The notes beneath the pieces are model-generated. The model was not told where the DNA came from and made no database searches. It worked only from the letters and a program-made list of their open reading frames with translations. A stretch of 64,000 nt of DNA from an uncultured bacterium (GTDB lineage: Bacteria; Eisenbacteria; RBG-16-71-46; CAIMUX01; WJJG01): contig CAZPGB010000032.1 of the NCBI GenBank assembly GCA_964585945.1, positions 3,980-67,979 on the forward strand. Reading direction: 5' to 3'. Made by a program: the position numbers and the translations under genes. This document shows, piece after piece, positions 8,892 to 17,410 of this stretch (position 1 is its first letter; every line of letters starts with the position of its first letter).

Positions 8892-10211
8892 GTGTACATC
8901 CCGTTCCGCGGCTTGAGACCCGAGCTCCCGGTCACGCACGGCAGGTCCCCCTGCCTCGCGCGTCTTGACGCCACGCACGTTTGGACCCTCTTCGCAGTCC
9001 TGTTGCTGCTGATGGCCGCCAAGGCCGAAGCGGGAGAGGTCCAACTCGTCGACGGCGTTCCCCACATCCGCAACGGCGCCCAACCCAGTCAGGGCCACGA
9101 GACGGTGCGCTTGGAGGAATTGTGGCGCGTCGGAGGAGAAGGCGACGACGTCTTCTTCGGTCTGATCACCCAGGTCTGCCACGACGAGGCCGGCAACATC
9201 TACCTCCTCGACAGCCAGCTCTGCGAGGTGCAGGTCTACTCGGCCGACGGCCGACATTTGAAAACGCTCTTCCGCCGGGGAGAAGGACCGGGGGAGGTGT
9301 TGCGCCCACGCAACCTCGCGATGTTGGGCGACGGCACGGTGGGTGTCATTCGCGAGTTTCCGGGCGCCATGATTCGCGTGGATCGGGACAACAACCCGGC
9401 GCCCAACGTCATTGTACACAAGCCGGCCCAGGAGGGCTTTATCGTTCTGGACGGTTGCTTCGCCGGCGGCCCGACCTTGCTTCTTTCAGGCACGCACGCC
9501 CACCGTGCCGAGGAGACGAAACAGAATCGGATCACCTTTCTGGGCATCTTCTCGCTGGAAGGCGACGAGCTGGTGCGCTTGGCCGAGCGGACCCACTGCC
9601 GCGACTACACGAACTTCGTCCTCTCCGAGCGCAAGGAGCTGCCCGGCTTCTTCTTTTCCAACTGCGTAGGCCCTGATGGGCGGGTCTACACCGCCCCCGA
9701 CCGCGATCGCTACGCCATTGAGGTCTATTCCCCCGCGGGCGAATTGGAAACGGTCATCGAGAGAGAGTACGAACACTACCGGCGCACCGACGAAGAGCGT
9801 CAGCGACTCTACGATGCCTTCGACATCGTCATGCGCGGAGCCGACATTGAATATGCCATCGACATCGAGGAGAACGAGTACGACATCCTCAGCCTGCAGC
9901 ATGGCGTCCGGCTGCGCGAGGACGGCACCCTTTGGATTCTCCCCAGCCGCGGCGTTCACGATCAACCTCCCGGGGTGATGATGACCTTCGACGTCTTCGA
10001 TGCCGACGGCCACTTCATCAACCAGGTGTCCATCCGCTGTGACGCCGACGGCGTCTACGATGGCCTCTTCTTCGTGGGATCTGACCGTGCCTTGGTGGTG
10101 ACCGGACACGTGGAGGCGATTCTGGCCCAGTATGGGGCGGGAGCCAGCAGTTATGAAACCGAGGACGGGGGAGCGGTCATGGAGGTGATCTGTTATCGGA
10201 TCGCCGGGTAA
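8892..10211 (+). CDS. Secreted 6-bladed beta-propeller (NHL/TolB-like) protein
   Basis: GTG start with AAAGGAG 4-5 nt upstream. Hydrophobic signal TLFAVLLLLMAAKAEA. Blade-like repeats include AGNIYLLDSQLCEVQVYSADG, DGRVYTAPDRDRYAIEVYSPAG and DGTLWILPS. Confidence 0.7.
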   Translation: MYIPFRGLRPELPVTHGRSPCLARLDATHVWTLFAVLLLLMAAKAEAGEVQLVDGVPHIRNGAQPSQGHETVRLEELWRVGGEGDDVFFGLITQVCHDEAGNIYLLDSQLCEVQVYSADGRHLKTLFRRGEGPGEVLRPRNLAMLGDGTVGVIREFPGAMIRVDRDNNPAPNVIVHKPAQEGFIVLDGCFAGGPTLLLSGTHAHRAEETKQNRITFLGIFSLEGDELVRLAERTHCRDYTNFVLSERKELPGFFFSNCVGPDGRVYTAPDRDRYAIEVYSPAGELETVIEREYEHYRRTDEERQRLYDAFDIVMRGADIEYAIDIEENEYDILSLQHGVRLREDGTLWILPSRGVHDQPPGVMMTFDVFDADGHFINQVSIRCDADGVYDGLFFVGSDRALVVTGHVEAILAQYGAGASSYETEDGGAVMEVICYRIAG

Positions 10212-10315
10212 GTGCTCAGGCGGCGGCAGGTGACATAGCAGTCTCCCGGATGTGGCCGGCAGGAACCGCGACATGAATGCAAGGGTAAGTACTGCCGAAA
10301 GGCACATGCCAGGAC

Positions 10316-10987
10316 GTGAACCGGGAGACTACGCCGGTGCACACGCTTCATGTCAGCAAGCACAACCGCGCCCGGATGATGACCGCGTTCGTCTTTGGAG
10401 GCCTGCTCGCAGGCTGGTCGAATCCTCTTGCAGATCTCGGACCGGAAGGATCCAGTCCGAGCTCCGGGATCCGATTTCATGTCGGGGGTGGCATTCCAGT
10501 CTATCGGGATGCTCCCATGCCGCTCGTTCAAGAGATGGGCGTGCAGCTCACCCTCTCCCGTAAGGGTGTCCACCGAACGATTCTCGGGGTGAGCACTGTG
10601 TGGATTCCCAGCGGAGGCAGTCCGTGGACGTCGACCGAGGTGTCTCTTGCCCCGTTGGCTCTTTGTGCCGGCTTTCGAAGCGATCTTACCTCTTCCAAGG
10701 GGAGCCATCTTCACTGGCTGGCGGGAGCCACCCTGTATTGTTCGCCCTTTGGCGGCGGGGGAGGATTCACCACCGATTCCGTCCGCTATCGACAATCCTC
10801 GCATTCGAGTCGGCCGTGGATCTCGCTGGAGCTGGCCTGCGGGCCTGAGTTCGAGATCGAGTCGACGGGATGCCGACTCGGTATCGAAGCCTACTATCAA
10901 CATCTCGTGCTGCCGGAGAGCCCGTTGGCCATCGGGCTGCGGGGGACTGTTTCCACGCTCTTCCTTGGGGTCGGTGACGAGCGTTGA
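10316..10987 (+). CDS. Hypothetical protein, possibly a small outer-membrane beta-barrel
   Basis: The likely start is at the MM at 10376 (MMTAFVFGGLLAG signal-like). The body alternates hydrophobic and polar residues with Gly/Ser-rich turns. The competing minus ORF (10193-11035) is Arg/Pro/Gly-rich junk. No family recognised. Confidence 0.4.
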   Translation: MNRETTPVHTLHVSKHNRARMMTAFVFGGLLAGWSNPLADLGPEGSSPSSGIRFHVGGGIPVYRDAPMPLVQEMGVQLTLSRKGVHRTILGVSTVWIPSGGSPWTSTEVSLAPLALCAGFRSDLTSSKGSHLHWLAGATLYCSPFGGGGGFTTDSVRYRQSSHSSRPWISLELACGPEFEIESTGCRLGIEAYYQHLVLPESPLAIGLRGTVSTLFLGVGDER

Positions 10988-11126
10988 CTCGGCAGCCCTG
11001 CGGCCCTGAAGATCCGAGTCGTGTGGGGCGGCCAAGGACTCCTCGGCGAGGGGAGTGCTCGCCAGCGATGCCGGAAGCCGTTGACCAAAGCGTAGAGCAT
11101 GGCCTTGGTCGGACGAGTGTGACTTG

Positions 11127-11657
11127 ATGGATGGAGTCGCTCGAGTGGATGAGCTTCACGAATACGAGCAGTACTTCTTCGATGAGCCCACCCTCGCTCA
11201 TTTGACGGAATTCGTCGCAGCATGGAGGCAGCCTTGTTGCCTGTGCGCGCCGCTTCTCGGACGCAGGCTGGCCGAAGCCGGCGTTTCGGTCACAATCCTG
11301 GATATCGATGAGCGGTTCGATGATCTGCCGGGGTTCCAGCCCTACGACATCCGCAGGCCAACATGGCTCGGCAGGGAGTTTGATCTCATCCTTTGTGATC
11401 CCCCCTTCTTCGGTGCGTCGCTGTCTCAGCTCTTTGAAGCGCTGCGTGTGCTGTCGCGGCATGACTCGCGGCAGCCGATACTCCTGAGCTACCTCCGGCG
11501 CCGGTCCGCTGCGGTTGCGCGCACCTTCGCATTCTTCGGCCTCCAACCGACGGGATACTGTCCCACGTACCAGACCGTAGAGCGATTCGAGCGCAATGAG
11601 ATTGAGATGTTCGGCAATCTCACCCGCGAGCAAGTCAGAGGCCTGACATGCGAATAG
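11127..11657 (+). CDS. DPPF-motif methyltransferase resembling the eukaryotic EEF1AKMT1/Efm5 (N6-adenineMlase, PF10237) family
   Basis: The motif order matches my recollection of that family: QYFFDEPTLAHLTEFV, CLCAPLLGRRL, VTILDIDERF, FDLILCDPPFF, ILLSY, then ...NEIEMFGN near the C-terminus. Confidence 0.6.
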   Translation: MDGVARVDELHEYEQYFFDEPTLAHLTEFVAAWRQPCCLCAPLLGRRLAEAGVSVTILDIDERFDDLPGFQPYDIRRPTWLGREFDLILCDPPFFGASLSQLFEALRVLSRHDSRQPILLSYLRRRSAAVARTFAFFGLQPTGYCPTYQTVERFERNEIEMFGNLTREQVRGLTCE

Positions 11658-11683
11658 AATGTGGCATGCGCGGCGTCTGATGG

Positions 11684-11742
11684 CCAGCGGCCCGGCGGGG
11701 CCGGTGGGCCAGCGGGGCCGGCGGGCCGGGCGGGGCCGCGCC
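11684..11742 (+). repeat. G-run-rich low-complexity tract (six GGG/GGGG runs)
   Basis: The sequence ggcggggccggtgggccagcggggccggcgggccgggcggggcc lies in the spacer between the methyltransferase and GNAT genes. Confidence 0.6.
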
Positions 11743-11758
11743 TCACCTCGCAGGGAGC

Positions 11759-12244
11759 ATGGGAACGGGCTGCGGATGTCATTCCGAAAGGAGGCAGACC
11801 ATCGTTCGCCTGGCAGATCCAAACGACTTGGCGTTCCTCGACCGGTATGACCCGCTGTTGAGGCGAGCCGTCCTCGAGGAGAAGATCGCACGTGGACAGA
11901 TCTACATCGCGACAAAGGACGACGAGCGGGTGGGTCTCGCGCGCCACGAGTTCCTGTGCGACCTCGATCCGTTTCTGACGCTCATCTATGTTCTGGAGTC
12001 CTATCGGCGCCAAGGTGTGGCCAAGGAGCTGATGGAGTATTGGGAACGACAGATGATGACGGAAGGGCACCGATTCCTTCTCACGAGCACGCAAGCGGAC
12101 GAGGATGCGCAGTTCTTCTATCGGAAGCTGGGCTATGTGGACTGTGGATCAATCCTCTTTCCGGGGCAGATCCCGGCCGAGCTCGTGCTCTTGAAGCAAC
12201 TGCGGAAAGCCGGTGAAGGTGTCGGCCCGCGACAGAAGGCATGA
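11759..12244 (+). CDS. GNAT family N-acetyltransferase
   Basis: Acetyl-CoA binding core LIYVLESYRRQGVAKELMEYWE, followed by AQFFYRKLGY. The exact start is uncertain. Confidence 0.8.
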   Translation: MGTGCGCHSERRQTIVRLADPNDLAFLDRYDPLLRRAVLEEKIARGQIYIATKDDERVGLARHEFLCDLDPFLTLIYVLESYRRQGVAKELMEYWERQMMTEGHRFLLTSTQADEDAQFFYRKLGYVDCGSILFPGQIPAELVLLKQLRKAGEGVGPRQKA

Positions 12245-12852
12245 TCTCTAAGCTGCGATCATCCACCCCGTCGAGACATAAAGCTACAATGCACTACGTA
12301 ATCGTTGATCTTGAAGCCACCTGCTGGCAGAAGGGGACGATTCCCAGCCGCATGGAGATCATCGAGATCGGCGCCGTCCTCATGTCCTCGGCCGCGGGTG
12401 AACCTGTGGCGGAATTCAACGCATTCGTGCGGCCGGTTCGGGAACCCATCTTGAGCCCATTCTGCGTCGAGCTGACGGGCATTCGCCAGGCAGACGTGTT
12501 CGGAGCGGAGACCTTCGCGAATGTGTTTCCGAGGTTTCTGGAGTGGATCGGTCCGCAGCCCTACATCTTGTGCTTATGGGGTGCCTATGATTTGGGTCAG
12601 TTCCAGGTGGACTGCCAGCGACACGGGCTGCCGATGCCTACCGCCTTCGAACGACATCTGAATCTGAAGAAGCTGTTTGCTGAGCAGGAAAGCGCGAAGC
12701 CCTGCGGGATGAAGGCGGCGCTGCAGCGATTGGGCATTCCCCTGACAGGGGCACATCATCGGGCCATCGATGATGCCCGCAACATCGCAAAGATCGCCCG
12801 CATCGTCTTGCCACGGATGGAAGCGGATGACCCGACTGCGCACGCCAGGTAG
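12241..12852 (+). CDS. DEDDh 3'-5' exonuclease (ERI-1/KapD-like)
   Basis: Exo motifs VIVDLEATC, EIIEIGAV and GAHHRAIDDARNIA. The start ATGA overlaps the GNAT stop. An alternative start is the ATG at 12289 (MHYVIVDLE). Confidence 0.8.
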   Translation: MISKLRSSTPSRHKATMHYVIVDLEATCWQKGTIPSRMEIIEIGAVLMSSAAGEPVAEFNAFVRPVREPILSPFCVELTGIRQADVFGAETFANVFPRFLEWIGPQPYILCLWGAYDLGQFQVDCQRHGLPMPTAFERHLNLKKLFAEQESAKPCGMKAALQRLGIPLTGAHHRAIDDARNIAKIARIVLPRMEADDPTAHAR

Positions 12853-12978
12853 AGGAAACGGAGGCAATCGCGGAAGCGCGAACTGGCGCCCGACCGGGGG
12901 TAGGTGAGATTGACCCCCCAGGAGATCCCACCCCATAATGGGACGTTTCGAGGACGGATCCCCAAGGAATCCCAAGGG

Positions 12979-14127
12979 ATGGGCTCGGCAGTGCGGATTC
13001 TGGTGAACGGGTGCTTCGGCCATCACAACCTGGGCGACGAGGCGATTCTCGCGGCACTGACCCGCCGTGCGGCCGCCCGTGGGGGCGTGTTGCTGATCCC
13101 CATCAGCCGTGATCCTGAGGACACCACCCGCCGGCACGGCCTGGAAGCGATTCAGCGTCCCCGGATTGCGCCGCTAAGGCCCTGGCGACTCGACCGATTG
13201 AGCCATGCGTGGCGCCTCCACCGCACGCTCCAGGGCTGCAATGCCGCGATCCTGGGGGGAGGCGGCGTGCTGGTGGACCTCCACCGGGATGACATCGCCA
13301 ACTACTTGGCGCCGTTGGCATATGCCCAGCGGCAGGGGCTGCCCACCGCCGCCTTCAATGTGGGCGGCGAGAGCCTGCGTCGCAACGCATCGCGCGAGGG
13401 GATTCGCCGGGTGCTCGGCCGGGCCTCCTTTGTCTCCGCACGCGACCGGCGCACGCGCGAGCTCCTGATCGATTGCGGGCTGCCGCCGGAGCGAGTCCAT
13501 CTGGGCGCCGATCCGGCGCTCGACTTGGAGGCGCCGTCAGCGGGTCGCGGGAGATCCCGTGCCCTCCTGGTTCCCTGCGCCTATTTGGGCAGCGTTCCAG
13601 CGGAGGAACAGCAACGCCGCGAGTTCTGGATCGCGGCCGCCAGCTACCTTGCGGGCACGGGACTCGAGGTAGACATCGTCGGCTTCTCACCCCGCGACGC
13701 GCGCTGGCTGGAGACCCTTGGTTCGGTGCTGCCCACGCAACGCACACGAGTGGAATCTCGTCCGCTGACCTCGCCGGAGGAATACCTGGAGCGCCTGCAG
13801 GGGTGCCGGCTTGTCGTGGCCGAGAAGCTACACGGCGGGGTTCTGGCCATCGCGGCCAGTGTGCCGGCTCTCTTGCTGGCCTACCGCATCAAGGTCCGTG
13901 CGTTCGGAGAGGAGGCGGACCTGAGGGACTGGACGTTCGACGCCGGACACGGCGAGCTCGAGCGGTTTCGGCTGCCGGACGAGGCCGCGTTTCGACGCGC
14001 GATCGATGATATCCTGGCCAATCCTGACGCCGCCGCAACTCGGGTCCGCGAAGCGGTGCAGCGATTGCGGGCCCGTCTCGACGAAAGCTACGCTCGGCTC
14101 TGGTCGGCAGTAGGCGAGAACCGATGA
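12979..14127 (+). CDS. Polysaccharide pyruvyl transferase (CsaB/WcaK-like)
   Basis: VRILVNGCFGHHNLGDEAILAAL near the N-terminus and LVVAEKLHGGVLAIAASVPALLLAYRIK near the C-terminus. The start is trimmed to MGSAVRILV. Confidence 0.8.
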   Translation: MGSAVRILVNGCFGHHNLGDEAILAALTRRAAARGGVLLIPISRDPEDTTRRHGLEAIQRPRIAPLRPWRLDRLSHAWRLHRTLQGCNAAILGGGGVLVDLHRDDIANYLAPLAYAQRQGLPTAAFNVGGESLRRNASREGIRRVLGRASFVSARDRRTRELLIDCGLPPERVHLGADPALDLEAPSAGRGRSRALLVPCAYLGSVPAEEQQRREFWIAAASYLAGTGLEVDIVGFSPRDARWLETLGSVLPTQRTRVESRPLTSPEEYLERLQGCRLVVAEKLHGGVLAIAASVPALLLAYRIKVRAFGEEADLRDWTFDAGHGELERFRLPDEAAFRRAIDDILANPDAAATRVREAVQRLRARLDESYARLWSAVGENR

Positions 14128-16958
14128 ACGAAGGCTACGGAAAACGGCTCGCTGTCGGGACCGGCGCGAACCTCGGCGCCAATCTCACGATCTTTCTCTG
14201 CAACTTCCTGATCACGCCCTTCCTCTTGGCTGCGCTGGGGGATGCACGCTACTCGATCTTCGTGCTGGCGCAGGCGGTGGTTGGATACTTCCGTCTGGCA
14301 ACGCTGGGCATTCCGGCCTCGCTGAGTCGAGCACTGAGCGCAAGTCTGGCACGCAGCGACGAACAGGACCTCAATCGCCAATTCTCCGCCGCCTTCATCC
14401 TCCTGAGTCTGATTGGAATGGCCACCCTTCTGATCGCGCTGTTCTTCAGCCGCTTCGGCATGGGTTGGCTGGCCATCCCTCCGGAGCATATGCCGGCGGC
14501 TCGCTGGGTGTTGATCATCCTCGGCGCGCAAGTGGCATTCAGTATGCCGCTGCTGAGTTTCCAGACCGTTTACCAAGCCGCGCAACGATTTCACATTCTG
14601 AGCCTAGTGCACGGGATTGGCGCCATCGTGCGCGTGACCGCCATCTATCTGGCCTTCACGACGGGGCACGTGGGGCTCGTTGTTTGGGCTGCTCTAGCGG
14701 CGGGCGTCGAGATCGCACAGAATCTCTGGTTGGCGTTGAACGTACGATCTGTTCTGCCGGCGCTTCGATTGCGCCCGAGTGGCGTACCGGGCGAAGCCAT
14801 GCGCGGACTGCTGGGCGTCAGCGTGTGGATCTTCCTCGGCAACCTCGGATTTCTCCTCTACTACAACACCGACTATCTGCTGATCGGTTGGTTCGTCGAT
14901 TCCAGCCAGATTGCGCACTACAACCTGGCTGCACGATGGGACCCGATGCTGCGAATCGTAGTGGGGTCGTTCACGTCGCTGCTGATCCCGGTCACAGCAA
15001 GCCTGCAGGCAGGTCGGCAGATGGCCGAGGTGCGTCAACTCATCCGCCGGGCGACACGCTATTGCCTGCTGGTAGCGATTCCGGCGTGTCTCTTGTTGGC
15101 CATCTTCGCGCGTCCGTTTCTCTCGGCCTGGGCCGGTCCCCAGTACGGCGCTGTGGCGCCGGTCATGGTGATTCTACTGGTGCCGCTGGTGTTCACGCTC
15201 TCCCAGACGCCCTCTTTCAGTGCGTTCGTGGGTCTGGGCCGCGTGCGCGTCAATGGGTTGCTGACACTGGTCAGTGCCGTGGTCAATATCGGCTTGAGCA
15301 TCTACTTGGCCGCCGGGCTGGGATTGGGTCTGGTCGGGATTGCGCTGGGCACGGCCATCACCTACTTCCTGCGCACGGGGCTGTTCTCGCCCTGGTACGT
15401 GTGCCGGGTCACGGGGCAGCCGCTGACCGTATACCTGCGGCGGGTGATGCTGCCGCCGATGTTGGCGGCCATCCCGTTGGTTGCGCTCGCGTTTCTGGCG
15501 CGCGCAACCCTCCAGCCTCACACGTTGCCGTCCATCGCGGCGGTCATGGCGCTGATCACGCTGGTTTACTGGCTCTTGGCCTGGCGGTGGGTGCTGACCG
15601 AGGAGGATCGCCGGGTGGTGCTGCGCCTGCTGCGTCGGGACCCGGCGCTGCCTGCACCAACCGCGCAAGACCCGCAGGGCGCGTCAGCACAGGTGCGCGT
15701 GTTGATGTTGCAGCACAATTTCCCGCCCAGCACCACGATCGCCGCTCAACGAGCAGAGCGTCTGACGCGGCATCTACCCGCAAATGGAGTCGTTCCTTTG
15801 GTCGTGACGGGAGGGTCGCAGGCAGGGGAAGCGCTTGGGGTTCGTGAGGAAACCGTGGGTCACGCAAGCGTGTCCGTGGCGCGGGTGCGCGGATTCGATC
15901 CGGTCGCATGGTATCAGCGGCGTGTCTCGCGGGGCATGGCTGTGTCAACTGGGAGCCGTCAGACCGCCTTCGCGCCCGGAGGGAAGTGGAAGTCGGTCCT
16001 GCGAACTCTCATGATTCCCGATGAGCGGCGCTTCTGGATCCCCGCTTGGCGCCGCGGTGCTCTTTGGCTCTTGGGCACGGGTTGTGACGTGGTCTACTCG
16101 ACGTCGACGCCCTACTCGGCGCACGTGGCGGCCTTGGGCTTGGCCGAGAGCCTCGACATTCCGTGGGTGATGGAGATGCGCGACCTCTGGGCTGACAACC
16201 AGTATCTTCCTCAGTCGCGAAACTGCATCACCCGTCGGATCCAGCAGAGACTCGAAGCTCAATGCTTGCGCCGAGCGGATCGGATTGTCGTACTCACAGT
16301 AGCTCACGCCAACCACTTGAAAACGCGGCACCCTGATCTGGCTTCGAAGATCCGTGTGGTGCCGAACATGTTCGAGCCCGTCCCCGCGACGGCCTCGCGT
16401 GTGGGTGGAGACCTGCGGATCATCTTCACGGGAAACATTTACGGGGGGCGGAGTCTGGCGCCCGTGGGACGCGCCGTCGACGCCATTGGTGCAGACCTTC
16501 CCGGATTCAAGCGCGCCGTGCTCGAGGTGGCCGGCAAGAGCTATGAGGGCTCTTGGGAACAGGTCTTGGGTGGTGCGGGAGACAACCGGCGTGTGCACGG
16601 TCTTCTGGCACCGCCTCGAGTGAATGAGTTGATGCGCACTGCGCATGCCGGCATCGTCAACAACCCCTCCTGGGATGTTGTGCACATCCCTGGAAAGCTC
16701 TATGAATACATAGGTGCGGGGCTGCCCGTGTTCAATCTCAGCCGCCAGCCCGACATTCCCCGACTCTGCAAAGGGGTGGTGCCTTGCTGGCAGTTGGATT
16801 CGGGCGACGAGGAGGGCATCGCCCACGCCATTCGCGAGTTGGCCGCCTGGTGGCAGGATCATCCCGATGGGCCGGTGCCCCCGTCGGCCGATCACCCCTT
16901 GAGCAGCCATAGCGTGGCCGCTCGGTTGGCGGACTTGTTCTGGGAGTTGAAGTCATGA
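14124..16958 (+). CDS. Wzx-type (MOP superfamily) polysaccharide flippase fused to a GT4-like glycosyltransferase domain
   Basis: An uninterrupted 944-aa ORF. The first ~500 aa are polytopic and Wzx-like (LGANLTIFLCNFLITPFLLAALGDARYSIFVLAQAVVGY...). After the linker LTEEDRRVVLRLLRRDPALPAPTAQ comes a soluble GT-B-like domain (VRVLMLQHNFPPS, STSTPYSAHVAALGLA, IRVVPNMFEP, IFTGNIYGGR, HIPGKLYEYIGAGLPVF). The start ATGA overlaps the pyruvyl transferase stop. Confidence 0.8.
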   Translation: MNEGYGKRLAVGTGANLGANLTIFLCNFLITPFLLAALGDARYSIFVLAQAVVGYFRLATLGIPASLSRALSASLARSDEQDLNRQFSAAFILLSLIGMATLLIALFFSRFGMGWLAIPPEHMPAARWVLIILGAQVAFSMPLLSFQTVYQAAQRFHILSLVHGIGAIVRVTAIYLAFTTGHVGLVVWAALAAGVEIAQNLWLALNVRSVLPALRLRPSGVPGEAMRGLLGVSVWIFLGNLGFLLYYNTDYLLIGWFVDSSQIAHYNLAARWDPMLRIVVGSFTSLLIPVTASLQAGRQMAEVRQLIRRATRYCLLVAIPACLLLAIFARPFLSAWAGPQYGAVAPVMVILLVPLVFTLSQTPSFSAFVGLGRVRVNGLLTLVSAVVNIGLSIYLAAGLGLGLVGIALGTAITYFLRTGLFSPWYVCRVTGQPLTVYLRRVMLPPMLAAIPLVALAFLARATLQPHTLPSIAAVMALITLVYWLLAWRWVLTEEDRRVVLRLLRRDPALPAPTAQDPQGASAQVRVLMLQHNFPPSTTIAAQRAERLTRHLPANGVVPLVVTGGSQAGEALGVREETVGHASVSVARVRGFDPVAWYQRRVSRGMAVSTGSRQTAFAPGGKWKSVLRTLMIPDERRFWIPAWRRGALWLLGTGCDVVYSTSTPYSAHVAALGLAESLDIPWVMEMRDLWADNQYLPQSRNCITRRIQQRLEAQCLRRADRIVVLTVAHANHLKTRHPDLASKIRVVPNMFEPVPATASRVGGDLRIIFTGNIYGGRSLAPVGRAVDAIGADLPGFKRAVLEVAGKSYEGSWEQVLGGAGDNRRVHGLLAPPRVNELMRTAHAGIVNNPSWDVVHIPGKLYEYIGAGLPVFNLSRQPDIPRLCKGVVPCWQLDSGDEEGIAHAIRELAAWWQDHPDGPVPPSADHPLSSHSVAARLADLFWELKS

Positions 16959-17410
16959 TGCGGGCTCGGGGCCTGCATGGCTGGTCTCTGACCGCCACGA
17001 TCGCGGCGTTGACCTTGAGCTTTCTGTTCGCCGGTCAGCCGTTTCGCCGACGGAATCCGGCGCCACTCTTCGGGTCGCAAATCCTCGCGCTTTTCTTCAC
17101 ACACGGTCGCGGCGACTGGGTGGCATCTGCAATCGTCGCGCACCGGCTTTGGGTGAATCAACAGGTCGAGGTGGGTGGTGTTGGCTTGCTCGGGTACTTG
17201 GCGATGCTGGTCACCCTCGGGCATCGTCTGATGCACCGGCTGTGCGACTCCGGGATTGGCCGTGATACCCATCTGGACGCCGCGGTGGCGATTCTCTGGA
17301 GATTGATGGTCTACTCGTTCGCCCGGAGTCCCTATGGATTGCCGTCCGTGATCGTCTACTTCCGGGCCATTGTCGGTTTGGCCCTGGCACCGCGGGATCG
17401 GATCTCATGA
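16955..17410 (+). CDS. Internally deleted Wzy_C (O-antigen ligase/polymerase-like) paralog, 151 aa
   Basis: It aligns in four blocks to the 447-aa protein at 27781-29124:
- GWSLTATIAALT vs GWSLTTAIATFA
- AGQPFRRRNPAPLFGSQILALFFTHGRGDW vs AGRPFRRRNLAPLLGLQVLALFFTFARGGW
- AHRLWVNQQVEVGGVGLLGYL vs AHQLWVNQLVEIGIVGLLGHL
- SPYGLPSVIVYFRAIVGLALAPRD vs NPYGLPPVIVYFWAIVGLALTRRE

The intervening ~300 aa are missing but the frame is kept. Confidence 0.55.
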   Translation: MMRARGLHGWSLTATIAALTLSFLFAGQPFRRRNPAPLFGSQILALFFTHGRGDWVASAIVAHRLWVNQQVEVGGVGLLGYLAMLVTLGHRLMHRLCDSGIGRDTHLDAAVAILWRLMVYSFARSPYGLPSVIVYFRAIVGLALAPRDRIS

